DNA of 63,887 nucleotides, counting the filler, from Reclinomonas americana ATCC 50394 (lineage: Eukaryota): the NCBI GenBank assembly GCA_048213135.1. It is 4 parts of 3 records of this genome, joined end to end, with 100 filler letters (N's around TTAATTAATTAA, not from the genome) between each part and the next. Parts side by side here need not be neighbours in the genome. Positions count along the whole stretch, not along the records: positions 15,951 to 36,988 come from PS015084.1; positions 37,089 to 61,827 come from PS015085.1; 2 more parts are not named here. One strand, written 5' to 3'. The translations under genes were made by a program, and so were the position numbers. The notes under the pieces are model-generated. The model was not told the origin of the DNA, searched no databases, and saw only the letters and a program-made list of their open reading frames with translations. Of this stretch, positions 28,128 through 46,647 are shown piece by piece (positions within the stretch are counted from its first letter, which is position 1; the number at the start of each line of letters is the position of its first letter).

Positions 28128-28875
28128 ATTGGGAAAGGTGGGTGGAAAAGGAAGTGTGAATGCTGCGACGCAACGAGGATTTCGATCTCTTGACCCTCAT
28201 CAGCCTGCTGCAATACTAGCAGCACCAGGTCTTCGTTCTCATGGGTGTTTCACCACGGGTCGATAGTTGTGTGATACCAGGGCGTTTTGGACTCTGCTGG
28301 AAGGATCACGATTTGGCGAAACCAGCAACGCCAGCTTGCACACGCTTCGATCACGTGAGTGTTTCACCACGGGTCAATAGCAGGGGGCTCAGAGTCCACA
28401 GTACTGCATGACGCCAGGGTGAATAGGACGCCAGGGGATCACAATCAATTGATCTCGTGGGCCTGTGCGACTTAGCAGGGGACATAATCATGGATGCGAG
28501 GGTGCAGTTGCCATCGGGGGTGCACGATACAAGGCGAACAGGATACGCTGCAAAAGATCGAGGAACACCAACAACACAAGATTTTTCGATCACGTGGGTC
28601 TTTCACCTCGGCTCAATGGTCAGGATCTCCGAGCGTACAGCATTGCCGATGGGTGCATGGCAGCAGGGCGAATAGGGTGCAAGGAGGCCAAGGTTTGCTG
28701 AAAACCCAACACGAACGTCGGACATGCATGTGACTTCACCGCGCGACAACGATTCTTCGCACGATGAAGGAGATGGTCTAACCGAGCAAGTACTCGGCTA
28801 AACGGGTCTGTCACTGAGAAACCATGCTTGCTGAGTCGCGCGAAGTCCAATCACTTTTGCAGGACACATTCAATC

Positions 28876-29163
28876 ATGCGACTCTGCGCGTTCCTCGCAC
28901 TCCTCCTCGCTCTCGCCTCCCTCGCCTCTGCCGCCAGTCCACTGGTGCTCACCAAGTTCTCCGCGCTCGAGGTGCATTCTCCACTTCTGTTCTTTCTGCA
29001 ATTCCTTTACTCTTCTCAGCGACTCTCTCTGTCTTTACCCTCACAGGTTGCTCTCACTGGTGCGCGCTGCTTGGATGGATCGCCTGCGGGGTACTACTTC
29101 CGTCCCGCCACGAATAGCACAGATGCGGCCAAGTGGATCATTTATCTGGAGGGTGAGCAGTGA

Positions 29164-29219
<56 letters not shown>

Positions 29220-31770
29220 AGAGGAGAAGAGGGGTCCGTCATGCCACTCTGCTTCCCCAAGTTATATATGATCGCGGTACCTCTTGCTGCATTCGTTTCT
29301 TCTGGTGTTCGCATCACTCTATGATGGCATTCGGTCTCAGTCATGGTCTCTCTTACTCGTCCCTGACCATATGCCACTCCACTCATCAGTGCTGCCTCTT
29401 GTCGCATCCTCTTCCTCTTGCCCTCTCGTGTTTCACTCTCAGTCATGCTCCCTTGGGAGTTTTGCATTCTTTCAGTCATGCCTCTGGTGTTCGCGTCACT
29501 CTATCATGGCATTCGTTCTCAGTCATGTTCTCTCTTCCTCGTCCGTGGCCACATGGCACTCCTCTGTTCGTGGTGCCTCCTGCTGCATTCGTTGCCTCTG
29601 GTCATGACATCTGTTCTCACTCTTCCCTGGTCATTTGGCACTCCTCTCGGTGCCTCTTGCTGCATTCTCTTCTTACCTCTCTTCTGTCGCTCATGGCTTC
29701 CTCCATCACAGTGTTTCCCGTCATGCTCCCTTGGGGGTTTCTGCACTCCTGCTTTGTCACGTCTTTTGGATACCACTCTTCTCCTCGGTGCTGGCCGATG
29801 TGCATCTCGCTGCATCCTCTTGTCCTCTCATGGCTTCCTCTCATTTCATGCTCGTGGGGGTTTCTGCATTCCTGTCTTGTCGCTTCTTGTGCGTGCCACT
29901 CCTCTCGTCAGTGTTGCTCGTGGTGCCTCTTGTCGCACTCTCTTCCTCTTGCCCTCCCATGTTTGCTCTGCCATGCTTCGTTGGGTGTTTCTGCATTCTT
30001 TCACTCCTTCATTATCATGCCACTCTTCCTCCACTGTTCGCGTTACTTGATAATGGTATCTGTTCTTTCTCTTGTTCTCTTCCTCGTCCGTGGCCACATG
30101 GCACCCCTCCGATCGTTGTCTTGCCCTTCACGGCTTCCTCCGTCACGCGTTCTCCGTCACGCTCCCTTGGGGCTTCTGCATTCCTTCAGCATACTGCCAC
30201 TCTTCTACGCCGGTTATGTTGGGCTGGCTTCGTTTCCTCTACTTCTCTCACGGTATTCATGCTGCTCCTCCTTGTTTGTGGCTTGTGTTGCTTGCCATTC
30301 TGCTTCCCAATCCTGTTCTGCGTTGCTCTGCGCATTTTCATCCTGCATTCTTCATGTCTTGCTTCGTTGGTCCAACACCTCTTCCGTTTCTTCTCAGCCT
30401 TCTTCTGCTGGCATGATCATGCCCTCTCCAGATCTCTCTGTTTCTCCTCACTCCCCCACCCTCCCCCTTTCAGGTGGCGGCCTCTGCTACACCCCCAGCG
30501 ACTGCGCCGATCGCGTGAAGAGCGACCTCGGCTCCTCGACACACTGGAAAGACTCGCGACACGAAGGCAACCTGCTCTCCGACGACCCCTCCAAGAACCC
30601 CGACTTCTACCAATGGAATCACGTCTTTGTGCCATGTTCGTGCGCTCTGTCCCTCTCTCCCCTCTCCCCCCTCGCCTCACTCAATGGTGGTTGTTGTCGG
30701 CAGACTGCAGCGGCGACCTGCACTCGGGCCAGCGCCGCATTGTCGCCTTTCCACCGTTCCAGGACTTTTACTTTGCCGGCCACCTCATCTTGAGTGCCAC
30801 GCTGAAGCACCTGCGAGACTATGGGATCAGTGGTGCCGAGGAACTCATTCTCAGTGGCTTCTCAGCTGGCGGCATCGGCACGTTCACCAACGCCGAGTTT
30901 GTCGGGCAGCAGTTCCCGGAGGCGCGATACTCGATTGTGCCAATGGGTGGCTTCTTCCTGGACATTACGCCGTTCAACCCCATGGACGCTTCGATTGGCG
31001 TGTGGCTCTCGGCGGCTGCTGGTGAGTGAGGAGTTGTACTGGGGGTCGGTGGACGATTTGTTTGACTCGTTTCGCGTGCGCACAGCGCTGTATGACGCGT
31101 ACTTGCCGCCGTCGTGTGTGGAACAGAATGCCAATTGTTGCGTGCGGCTTGCTGGTCTCTGTTGCGTGCACGCACCACCTCTTCTTGACTCCTTTCCGCA
31201 CCAGTCACTGGCCGCTGCTACTGCTCCAACTGGTTGTATCCGTACATCAATGTGCCGACGTTTGTGGCGGAGAATCAGGTGGGCCTGGCAGAGAGTCAGG
31301 GTCTCTCTGTGCATGTGTCTGTCTGTCTGCCTGCTTGTATCTCCTCCTTTCACTCTCTGGTCTCCGTCTTCCTCTGAGCGTTTCTGGCAGTTGTGTGCGC
31401 TTCTCTTTCTCAGTTTCCTCTCCCCCATCCCTAAGCGTCTTTCTGTTCGCCTCACGATCGCGGGCCGTTGCTTTCAAATTGTAGACGGGGCTGCCACGTT
31501 GCCTGTGTGTCTGTCTCTGTCAGTCTCTCTCACACTTTCTCTCCTCTCTCGCCTTTCTTGCCCATTTCTCTCCATTTCTGTCAGACTGTGCCTTCGTGTT
31601 TCTGCCCTTCTTGCCTTCCTGCACCTGCCTGCTTGCCAAAGCGTCTCCCTTTCTTTCTATTTCTAGCGCTCCTTCTAGATATGTCGCCCTTGCTCCTCCC
31701 CGCCTCACGCCTTTCTTCCTTTCTCTTTCAGCCTATCTTCGTTTGCTTTGCCCTCGTTTCTGCATGCTCG

Positions 31771-31801
<31 letters not shown>

Positions 31802-32322
31802 TCTCTCTTACTCTGTCTCTTTCCCTTTCCCTTTCCCTCATCCCCTTCCCTCCCCACCCCCGCAGTACGACTCGAACCAGCTGTACGACCAGGACAATTG
31901 CCCAAAGGGCGACTCCGACGCCAGTCGCCAGTATGTGCAGTTCTTTGGCGAGCAGATGCGCGCCTCCCTGCAACACGTAATCGACAACCCGCGTGACGGC
32001 CTGTTTGCGCCCTCGTGCCTCAAGCACGATGTGGAGTGGAACTCGGTGATTGTCGGCGGCCAATCGTGGCGCACCGCCCTCGGGAATTGGTTCGTATTGC
32101 ATGCGCCCTTATTTGAGAATCTGCACTGTGCAACTCACGATGAGTTTGTGTGTTGCGCAGGTACTTTAGACGGTCTGGACCCACCAAGGTCGTGGGTGCG
32201 TTTACTTTTGTGGTAGTAGTGGGTGAATGCGTGCATGCCGTGCTCACACGTGGGGGTGCGCAGATACGTGCGGCGTGCTGCCGTGCACACCCAACTGCAA
32301 GCACCTCGAGCCGCCATTGTGA
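28876..32322 (+). CDS. Secreted pectin acetylesterase / Notum-family alpha/beta hydrolase
   Basis: Signal peptide MRLCAFLALLLALASLASA, then ARCLDGSPAGYY, KWIIYLEGGGLC, NPDFYQWNHVFVPYCSGDLHSG, nucleophile elbow GFSAGG, NQYDSNQL and FAPSCLKH. TGA 32320-32322. Confidence 0.93.
29230..30400 (+). repeat. Degenerate intronic tandem repeat in the pectin acetylesterase intron
   Basis: Repeated TCATGCTCCCTTGGG..TT.TGCATTC-like blocks. CTCTTCCTCGTCCGTGGCCACATGGCAC occurs twice (~29532 and ~30077). Confidence 0.75.
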
Positions 32323-32470
32323 TATTGAAGGACGACGTGGTCGCTTTATTCACCCAAAACATGTTGTGTACAGTGTGTTTCAAGTCGAAGCCCCAGCGAT
32401 TCGAATCCGAATTCACAATTGCAAGATTGAGTTGCAAATTGTCGAATTCAAAGCGACTCCGCAGTACGAC

Positions 32471-36480
<4,010 letters not shown>

Positions 36481-36844
36481 TGCAAAAGACGGAGGTAAGA
36501 AGGGGAAAGAGAATGCTGGCAGCTGTCACACCGTTTTTGCCTGTTTCTCCCTCACATCATCACTCGCCTTCTCGCAGTCTCACGTTCACCAAGTCTCTCT
36601 CTCTCTCTGTGTGTGTTGTCTCTGAATCGCTTGTGCACTCGCACCCAGCCTCACAGTCTCACATTGATTCAGCTGTCGCCCTCATATCTCTCTCTCTCTC
36701 TCTATGTCTATCTATCTCTCTCTCTCTCTCTCTCCGTGTGTTGTCTCTCGGAATCTCTTGTGCGCTCACACTCAGCCTCCCTCACATCTTCTCTCTCTCT
36801 CCTCACAGTCGTGCAATGATTCAGCTGTCTCCCTCACCTCTCTC

Positions 36845-36902
<58 letters not shown>

Positions 36903-37088
36903 CTCTCTCTCTCTACTCTCGCTCTACTACTACGTACTACCTACTCTACCTCTCCTACTCTCTCTACTCTCGGTACTCGTACGACGACNNNNNNNNNNNN
37001 NNNNNNNNNNNNNNNNNNNNNNNNNNNNNNNNTTAATTAATTAANNNNNNNNNNNNNNNNNNNNNNNNNNNNNNNNNNNNNNNNNNNN

Positions 37089-39242
37089 TGCCGCCTCTCC
37101 GCGAGACGACAAGATCACGACTTGTGTCACACCCATGGACAAGCCGTGGACCGCCTGCGTCACCCATGGCGGCGTACAGAACGCCGCACACTCTTCAGCG
37201 CCCTCGCCGCTGGCCTTGCACATCAGGTGCCACTCGGCCAGCGACACAGACGGCACACAAAATGTGGCCTCCATCTCCGTGGCGAACGGCTCGTCTGCCG
37301 ATTTCTTGTCGGCGCTGTCGTGCACAACGAGTGGCGATGAGTAAGCGCCACTGAAACGAGGCAGAGAGCACAGAGAAAGTTCAAGACGCACAGCTGCAGT
37401 TGACAAATGTCTTCAAAGGTCTCACAGCAGCGCGTAAAGGCCAAATCGGACTCGCTGATATCGGCAGGTGCGCAGGTGAAGCCGAGCGACGACGAGAGGT
37501 TCGGATGGCTGTGCANNNNNNNNNNNNNNNNNNNNAACAACACACGAGAGAAGGCGTGCGGCGGAGCATGAGGTGTGAGCGAGAGAAAGGAGTGCGAGGG
37601 AATAGAGACGAATCGGGTCGTACTTGAGCTGGCGAATCCGAAGGTGGTCCACGAGGCGCTTGGCAAAGTCCACTGGAGACACCGGCGGCAAGGACTCCAA
37701 TGGTCGATCAATAAGCACACATCGATATTCGTTGCCGCCACTGGCGAGCGGGCATCGCAGCACGAACGGCAACAGCATGGAGTGCAGGCGACCGGGGGTC
37801 GACGTGGCAAATGTGTAGCGCGGACTCAGCAAGTTGTAATCAATGTAGCCGTCCATCAGTGGCAGCAGCTGAGGGCCCGATGGTGGCAACGAGTGAGCAC
37901 GTCGACGCATTGGGGACAATGAGAGACTAGGGAGGGAGAACAAACCATGGAGAGTGCCTGTCGAGTGCGCACTGTGGCCGGACACAGGAACCTCTCTGTG
38001 CACGCAGTGTCAGCTGTCGCATCGACAAACAGAAAAACGCGCCCCATCTCACGCACTTGGCACGACGACAGCCACCAGGGGTTCACCAAGCACCTTGCCG
38101 ATCACGACGGTGCCATTGACGAGAAACGTGACAAAGTCGGGATGATCGTCGAATACTGCCGACGGCGACTTATACACGAGATCCGGCGGCTGCGGCGGGT
38201 CGAGAACTTGGCATGGCGTGATATCGAAAACGCGCAAGCGGATGTCGGTGCCAGTGGTGGCCAGCCATCGATTACCGAAAATCGACACACTGAGTACGTT
38301 GGCGAGTGGCAAAGTGCACGTGGCCAGTGGATCGTAGTATCGGCAGCCGCCATCGTCGGAAGACGGATTCTGCAAATCCCACAGCAGAACGCCAGGAGAG
38401 CCCGCGTGTGCGCTGACGAGCAGACGGCCATTGTCGGTCACGGCGAGCGCGTTCACGCTCCTCCGCTCCACGTTGAACAGGGCCACTGGCCGCACATACC
38501 CGCCCGGTAGCTCGGCGGGGTCGGGCGGTTGCGGGGAGCTCACCGACCACATCTGCAGCATCCTGCACGTCGGCGACTGCACGTCCTTTTTGGCAAACGC
38601 CAAGCCAACAATGGCGCACTCAGAGTCCGCTGTGAGCACGACACAACGCGGAAACAAGCCATCGACACCACTCGCCGTCACCACTCCTCGCAAACACGGG
38701 TACTCGAGCATCGGCTGCTCCGTGTGCTGTCCCAGCTGCTCCGTGCGCGGTTCCAGCTGCTCCGTGCGCGGTTCCAGCTGCTCCGTGCGCGGTTCCAGCT
38801 GCTCCGTGCGCGTGCGCCGCCCCAGCGGCAGTCGTCGCAGCAGACCGTCACGGGAGACACACACGGCAAAGCGCTGATGACGGGCCACGGCCACCCCCGT
38901 CACCGGCATCGGAGCGCTGAACAGAATCTTTTTGCCGGGCCCTGCGCTCCACATTACGACTCCCACCTCGCCAGTCTCCGTGCCATACACCACCCGCTCA
39001 TCGTCGCCGGCCACGGCAACGCACAGCACTCGCGAACCGACCCGCAGCCAGCACTGCGCACTCTCATCAATCCCGGTCTCGCGTACGGGCACGCGATTAA
39101 CGACATCGTCATAGCACATCACGATTCGTGGGTATCTCCACTCTCTACATGCGCACGTCATGCCGTTGACCGTGGTGGGCTTGGGTTGCTTCTTGGCCGC
39201 GCGCCACGTTGTGTCCATGGGCGAGGAGGACTCAGTCGACAT
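37089..39242 (-). CDS. WD40/beta-propeller-like hypothetical protein (multi-exon)
   Basis: Exon ~38060-39242 has WD-like segments (SVNALAVTDNGRLLVSAHAGSPGVLLWDL; VLSVSIFGNRWLATTGTDIRLRVFDI). Further exons run into the gap at 37088. Confidence 0.6.
38714..38812 (-). repeat. 21-bp coding tandem repeat (RTEQLEP x~4.5)
   Basis: CCAGCTGCTCCGTGCGCGGTT repeated in frame. Confidence 0.95.
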
Positions 39243-39563
39243 CTGATGGCGGACAGACAGAAACAGAGTGAGTGTGATGGTGGGCACAAGAGAGAGAGGG
39301 GGGAAGGAGAGAAGAAAGTGTGTGTGTGTGTGAAAGGGAGAGAATGGAACTCTCACCGTTGCTCGTCACTCGATTGATTTGTTCCTTGTTTGTGCGTTGT
39401 CAGAGACGACGGAAGAGTGTGTGCGCGCGGGAAAACAACGAAGCTCGTGCGTCGGTGATGAGCAGTCGATGCTTGGTGGGTGATTGATGTCAGAGAAATA
39501 AACGCGACTGACAGGACGATGCATTGGTTGCCTGCCACGCCACCGGGCGACTTGCCAGCTCAC

Positions 39564-41252
39564 TCACTCATCGTCTCCCCGCGCGAATTCCTCCGGCCCC
39601 CACCGCAACATCTCGCGAATGGCCCATTCGAGCCCCGCCGCCGCATTCACCACCGGCTTTGTGCGAATGCGCACCTCCAGCGGACCCTCCTCCATCACGC
39701 GCCGATCGGCCGCGGTGTGCCAGTCGAACATGGCGGGGTGTGTCGAGTCGAGAAACGGGTTCAGCTCAATGATCCACACGCGCTCCGCTGTCACCGCAAA
39801 GTCGACAATGTACCGATCGAAACCGTGGTCGCGAACACGCGGGTGCACCTGCAGGTGGTGGTGGAGAATATCAACAAACCAGGGGTGACGAGAGACAAGG
39901 CAGAGGAGAGAGGGAGGGAGGGAGAGAGAGGGAGAGAGAGAAGGAGAGAGAGGGAGAGNNNNNNNNNNNNNNNNNNNNNNNNNNNNNNNNNNNNNNNNNN
40001 NNNNNNNNNNNNNNNNNNNNNNNNNNNNNNNNNNNNNNNNNNNNNNNNNNNNNNNNNNNNNNNNNNNNNNNNNNNNNNNNNNNNNNNNNNNNNNNNNNNN
40101 NNNNNNNNNNNNNNNNNNNNNNNNNNNNNNNNNNNNNNNNNNNNNNNNNNNNNNNNNNNNNNNNNNNNNNNNNNNNNNNNNNNNNNNNNNNNNNNNNNNN
40201 NNNNNNNNNNNNNNNNNNNNNNNNNNNNNNNNNNNNNNNNNNNNNNNNNNNNNNNNNNNNNNNNNNNNNNNNNNNGAGAGAGAGAAGAAGAAGAAGAAGA
40301 AGAAGAAGACGAAGAAGAAGAAGAACAGGCCTGAAGCACAAGCACAGTGAGCTCATGGTGCTCTCTTCGCCCCTTGCAATCTCCTCTCGCTCACCTCCTT
40401 CTCGAAATAGTCGACCATGCGGCGCACCAGCTCGTCTCGCTGCGCCACCACGTGCGGAAAGTGGATCATGTAGTTGTACTGAGAGAGCGCGTTGAGGCGG
40501 CCGTGATTGACGAACCCGCGGAACTCCTGATCGACGTGCAGCGCGACCCAGGCGCGCACCACAAAGTTCAGCTGGTACTCCTCATCGCTCTGCTCCAGCG
40601 CCAACAGCAGGTCGTTGTGCACACGCTCGCTGTGCAGGAACGCCTCCATCACATCGCTGGCTTGCGACATCTTCAGCAGCTCCCCGTTGGCCTCCAGCAG
40701 CGCATACAGCTTCCCGTTGTCGTCGCTCGGATCAATGCCCTCGTCACGCACCACGCGGCGATACGCGCGACGAAACTTTGCGCTCCCAATCGACGCGTCC
40801 TTGGCGCTGCGCGACGACAAGCGCACAAACACCACCTGTCGCCCACACTCTGACAAATGCCCATACTCGTCCTTGACGCGCTGCATGGCCGCCTCCAGCC
40901 GCTCCTCCATGGCCGCACGTTTCTCTGCGAAATCGGCTGCACCTGTACTGTCCGCCATGGCGCGCGCCTCCTCACGCGACACGGGCACAAACACCGTGGG
41001 AAAGGTCACCTCGTCGCCCAGCAACGGCACCCAGTTCTCAATGTTGCACTGCAGCAAGTGGCGCGTGCGTGCCGCCACATCTTCGACGGTGACCTCGGAG
41101 AATCGCGGACGATCGTCATCAACGGCGCCGGCATCGACGTGGCGCAACGCCGAGCGCCCGGCTGTGAGCGCAGCAAGGAGACCCGCCTGTTGTGCTGCTG
41201 GCGGTGGTGGTGGTGGAGGAGGAGGAGGAGGTGGTGGTGGTGGCGCGGACAT
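39564..41252 (-). CDS. CDC123/D123-like (R2K clade) ATP-grasp protein with N-terminal poly-Pro + WH2 motif
   Basis: NIENWVPLL..TFPT, FVRLSSRSAKDA, EFRGFVNHGRLNALSQYNY and YIVDFAV...VWIIELNPF...AMFDW match CDC123-type ATP-grasp motifs. N-terminus is MSAP(n)AAQQAGLLAALTAGRSALRHV. One intron ~39853-40395 contains a gap. Confidence 0.88.
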
Positions 41253-41340
41253 GCGATGGTGGGACAGAGGGACGACAGCGCGCTGCAAAAACTGGCTCAA
41301 AAAAGGAGGGCATGAGCAGAGCTGTAATACACCAATTCGC

Positions 41341-43801
<2,461 letters not shown>

Positions 43802-43926
43802 CAATTCGCGACTTTGGTTTCCCGCTTTGCGAACCTCAAAGACGCAATATTAGACGTTGACAATTGCGCGGGACGAGAAAGGACACACCTTTTGTCACAC
43901 AAACAACTTTGCACGTCAAAACACAA

Positions 43927-45771
43927 ATGAAGGAGGGTCTCTTTGGTTGCTTCTCGGACTGCGGTACGTGCTGGCCCGCTGTATGTGTGTGTGTGGGCAG
44001 AGAACGAGAGAAAGAGAGAGAAAGGAGTGGAGAAACTTTTTGTGGGGGCGAAATGTCAACCGCCGCTTGTGAGAAAACGCCCCGCTCTTTGCAGTTTGCC
44101 TCTCTCTTTTCTTTGTTTATGTGCGTGTGTGTGTGCGGGTATTACGTGTGCGTACTGTTATCTGCAGCTCTTCCACCTACATAATGTGTGTATCTTGTGT
44201 GCATTCTGCGTGAGAAAGATGACTGTTTGGCAACTGTTTGTTTATTTGTTTGTGTCATGGTCATTGTCGACGAGCGCATTCGTCATGTTGTTGTTCATGA
44301 GGGCAAGAGCTCGAGTGCATTATGCTTTTTTCCGCATGTGAGATTGAGATGCAGATATTCGGTCACACTCACACACTCACTCATTCTGTGACTAAATGTG
44401 CGCAGGCATCTGCCTCTGCTCCACCTGCTGGTGCGCCGCATTTGTTTGCTTTTGTTTGTTTTTCCCAATCTCGAACATGTTACCTCATGCGTTGTGTACA
44501 TTTGGATTTTTCCCGCCCCCAGCTACCCGTGCCAGCTCGGCCGCAACGACTACGGTGGGACATGCATTGCGAGGAGGCAGAAAGCTGACACTCGCACGCG
44601 CAGAGAAAGAGAGAGTGTGAGAGAGAGAGCGAGACAGGGAGACGAGGGAAACCGGAGGCTTTTGTAGTGGGCTGGTGATCGAGCAGAGAGAGAGATGTAT
44701 GGGTATCTGGTGGGAGGCGGACAACATGAGAAAGAGAGTGCGCGTGTGAGCCTTTTGCTTACTTGACGTGTCTCCTTCCTCCACCGCCGCAGGTGTGAGC
44801 CAGCTGCAGGCTGGCCAGAAGGTCACCTATGGCGAGGGCATGATGGGCCTGCCTTGCATCCTCTGTGAGTTTCTCCATCCCGCTGCTCTGCTCACACACT
44901 AGTGTCTCACTCACTGTTCTCCACACTCACAGCCTGCTGCTGCACGCCGGTTGCGTCTGTCGTTGATGCGATGTTTCTTTTCCCAATGTTGAATGCTGAC
45001 CGTGCGCTGTTTACTTTGGTGACATTGTCGTCGTTGTCGTCGGACAGTACGTTGCGTTACCTCGCTCTCTCGGGATTCGTCGCCTGGATTGTGTGCTGAC
45101 TGTTGTGTTGTGACGCGTGTAGGCGTTCTACCTGACGTGCTGCAAGCACCCGCAGGCGGTGCGCGTGGCTCTGAAGGAGGAGCCCGGCTCATGCGTTGGC
45201 GATTGTCTCGTCGGTGTGTGGGAAGAAGAGAAGGGGGAAGGGGGACAAGGAGGGAGAAGTGATGTCGGTTTAGCTCCCTGCTCTGGTGCCTTGCTTTCCG
45301 TCTCAGTGTGTTGATCGTGTCGCGTGTACGTCGTCGGCGAAGAGATTCAGCTCTGTGTCTGTCTCTCAGACTGCTTGTTCCATTGTGGGTTTTGCCCATT
45401 CACCTCCTCCGCTTCTCGTGTCTTGTTGTCTCTCCCCTCTGTGCTGTTTGCATGGTTGCTCGTGTCGGTAACCTTCGCCTCCTTGTGTCTCTCTCCTGCT
45501 CTCTCGTCTCTCGCTTGACTGCGCATGTAGGCATATGGTCCGTGGGTTTCAGTCTGTTCTCTCTTTCTCTCTCTTCCTCTATCGGGCTGCGTGTGTTCCT
45601 TGTGATGATCCTTCTCCGTTTTGTGGATTCTATGTCTCGCTGTCCACTCACACTCTCAAGATGCTTGTGTTTTTTTTCGCTGGAGTTCTAACTCTCTTGT
45701 GCCGTCTCGTTCTCTGTCTCTCAGACTGCTTGTGTTGGTGTGCCCTCTCCTCCTCTTCCTTCTCTCTCTCC

Positions 45772-45849
<78 letters not shown>

Positions 45850-45935
45850 CTCTCTCTTCGTCTCGTCGTCGTCGTCGTCGTCGTCGTCTCGTACCGTCTC
45901 GTACGTCGTACGTNNNNNNNNNNNNNNNNNNNNTC

Positions 45936-45999
<64 letters not shown>

Positions 46000-46055
46000 A
46001 CTACTACTACTACTCTCTCTGTGTGTTTCTTTTCTCTCTCTCTCTCTCTCTCCTC

Positions 46056-46109
<54 letters not shown>

Positions 46110-46244
46110 CTCTCCCTTCTACTCTATCCCTCACCCCCATTCCCCACAGGCTGGCTGTGCTTCTGCTGCCGCAACGCCCAGATTGGCCGCGAGCTCAAGC
46201 TGCACGCCCCCTCGGCCACCCAGACTGGCATGACGGGCCATTAA
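43927..46244 (+). CDS. PLAC8-family Cys-rich protein, tandem copy 1 (8 small exons incl. a putative 3-nt exon)
   Basis: Spliced: MKEGLFGCFSDCGICLCSTCCYPCQLGRNDY...LPCILSCCCTP(Y)AFYLTCCKHPQAVRVALKEEPGSCVGDCLVGWLCFCCRNAQIGRELKLH. TAA 46242-46244. Confidence 0.92.
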
Positions 46245-46647
46245 AAAGCGCCCCCTGTTTGTGTCGACTCCAGCCACAGTGCACGTGTGCTGCTGCTGCT
46301 GCTGTCAACCCTCCACTCCCTTTACTCTTGACCCCCTCTACGGGCACTCCTCTCCCAACACCCAACCTTTTTTTCCCCCATACCTCAACTATATAAAGTG
46401 TGGATGTGTGCGCCGACGTACCCGAGCAGAGTGTGTGTGTCCCCGATCCTATTGCGCATGCACCCTGCTGTTTGGTACCGTTACTGTGTCACGGCGGACA
46501 AAGGCGACACAAGAGAATGAAAGTGGCTCGACGGGAGCACAAGGAGAAAGTGGTGGATCGCGAGGAGGGCGGGAAAGGGTGAAAGTGCGTGGCCACGAGC
46601 ACGGAGGCGGACAATACAGCATCTCTCGTCGTTGAGCGAGGAAAAGA

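Noticed and set aside
29048-30793. 581-aa and 464-aa Leu/Ser/Cys-rich ORFs
   Set aside because: They read through the pyrimidine-rich esterase intron 29153-30473. The spliced frame (YLEG|GGLC) explains the locus.
31027-31029. In-frame TGA in the esterase suggesting readthrough or an alternative code
   Set aside because: It lies inside a normal GTGAGT...CAG intron (31022-31086). Genes end with standard TAA/TGA, so there is no evidence for recoding.
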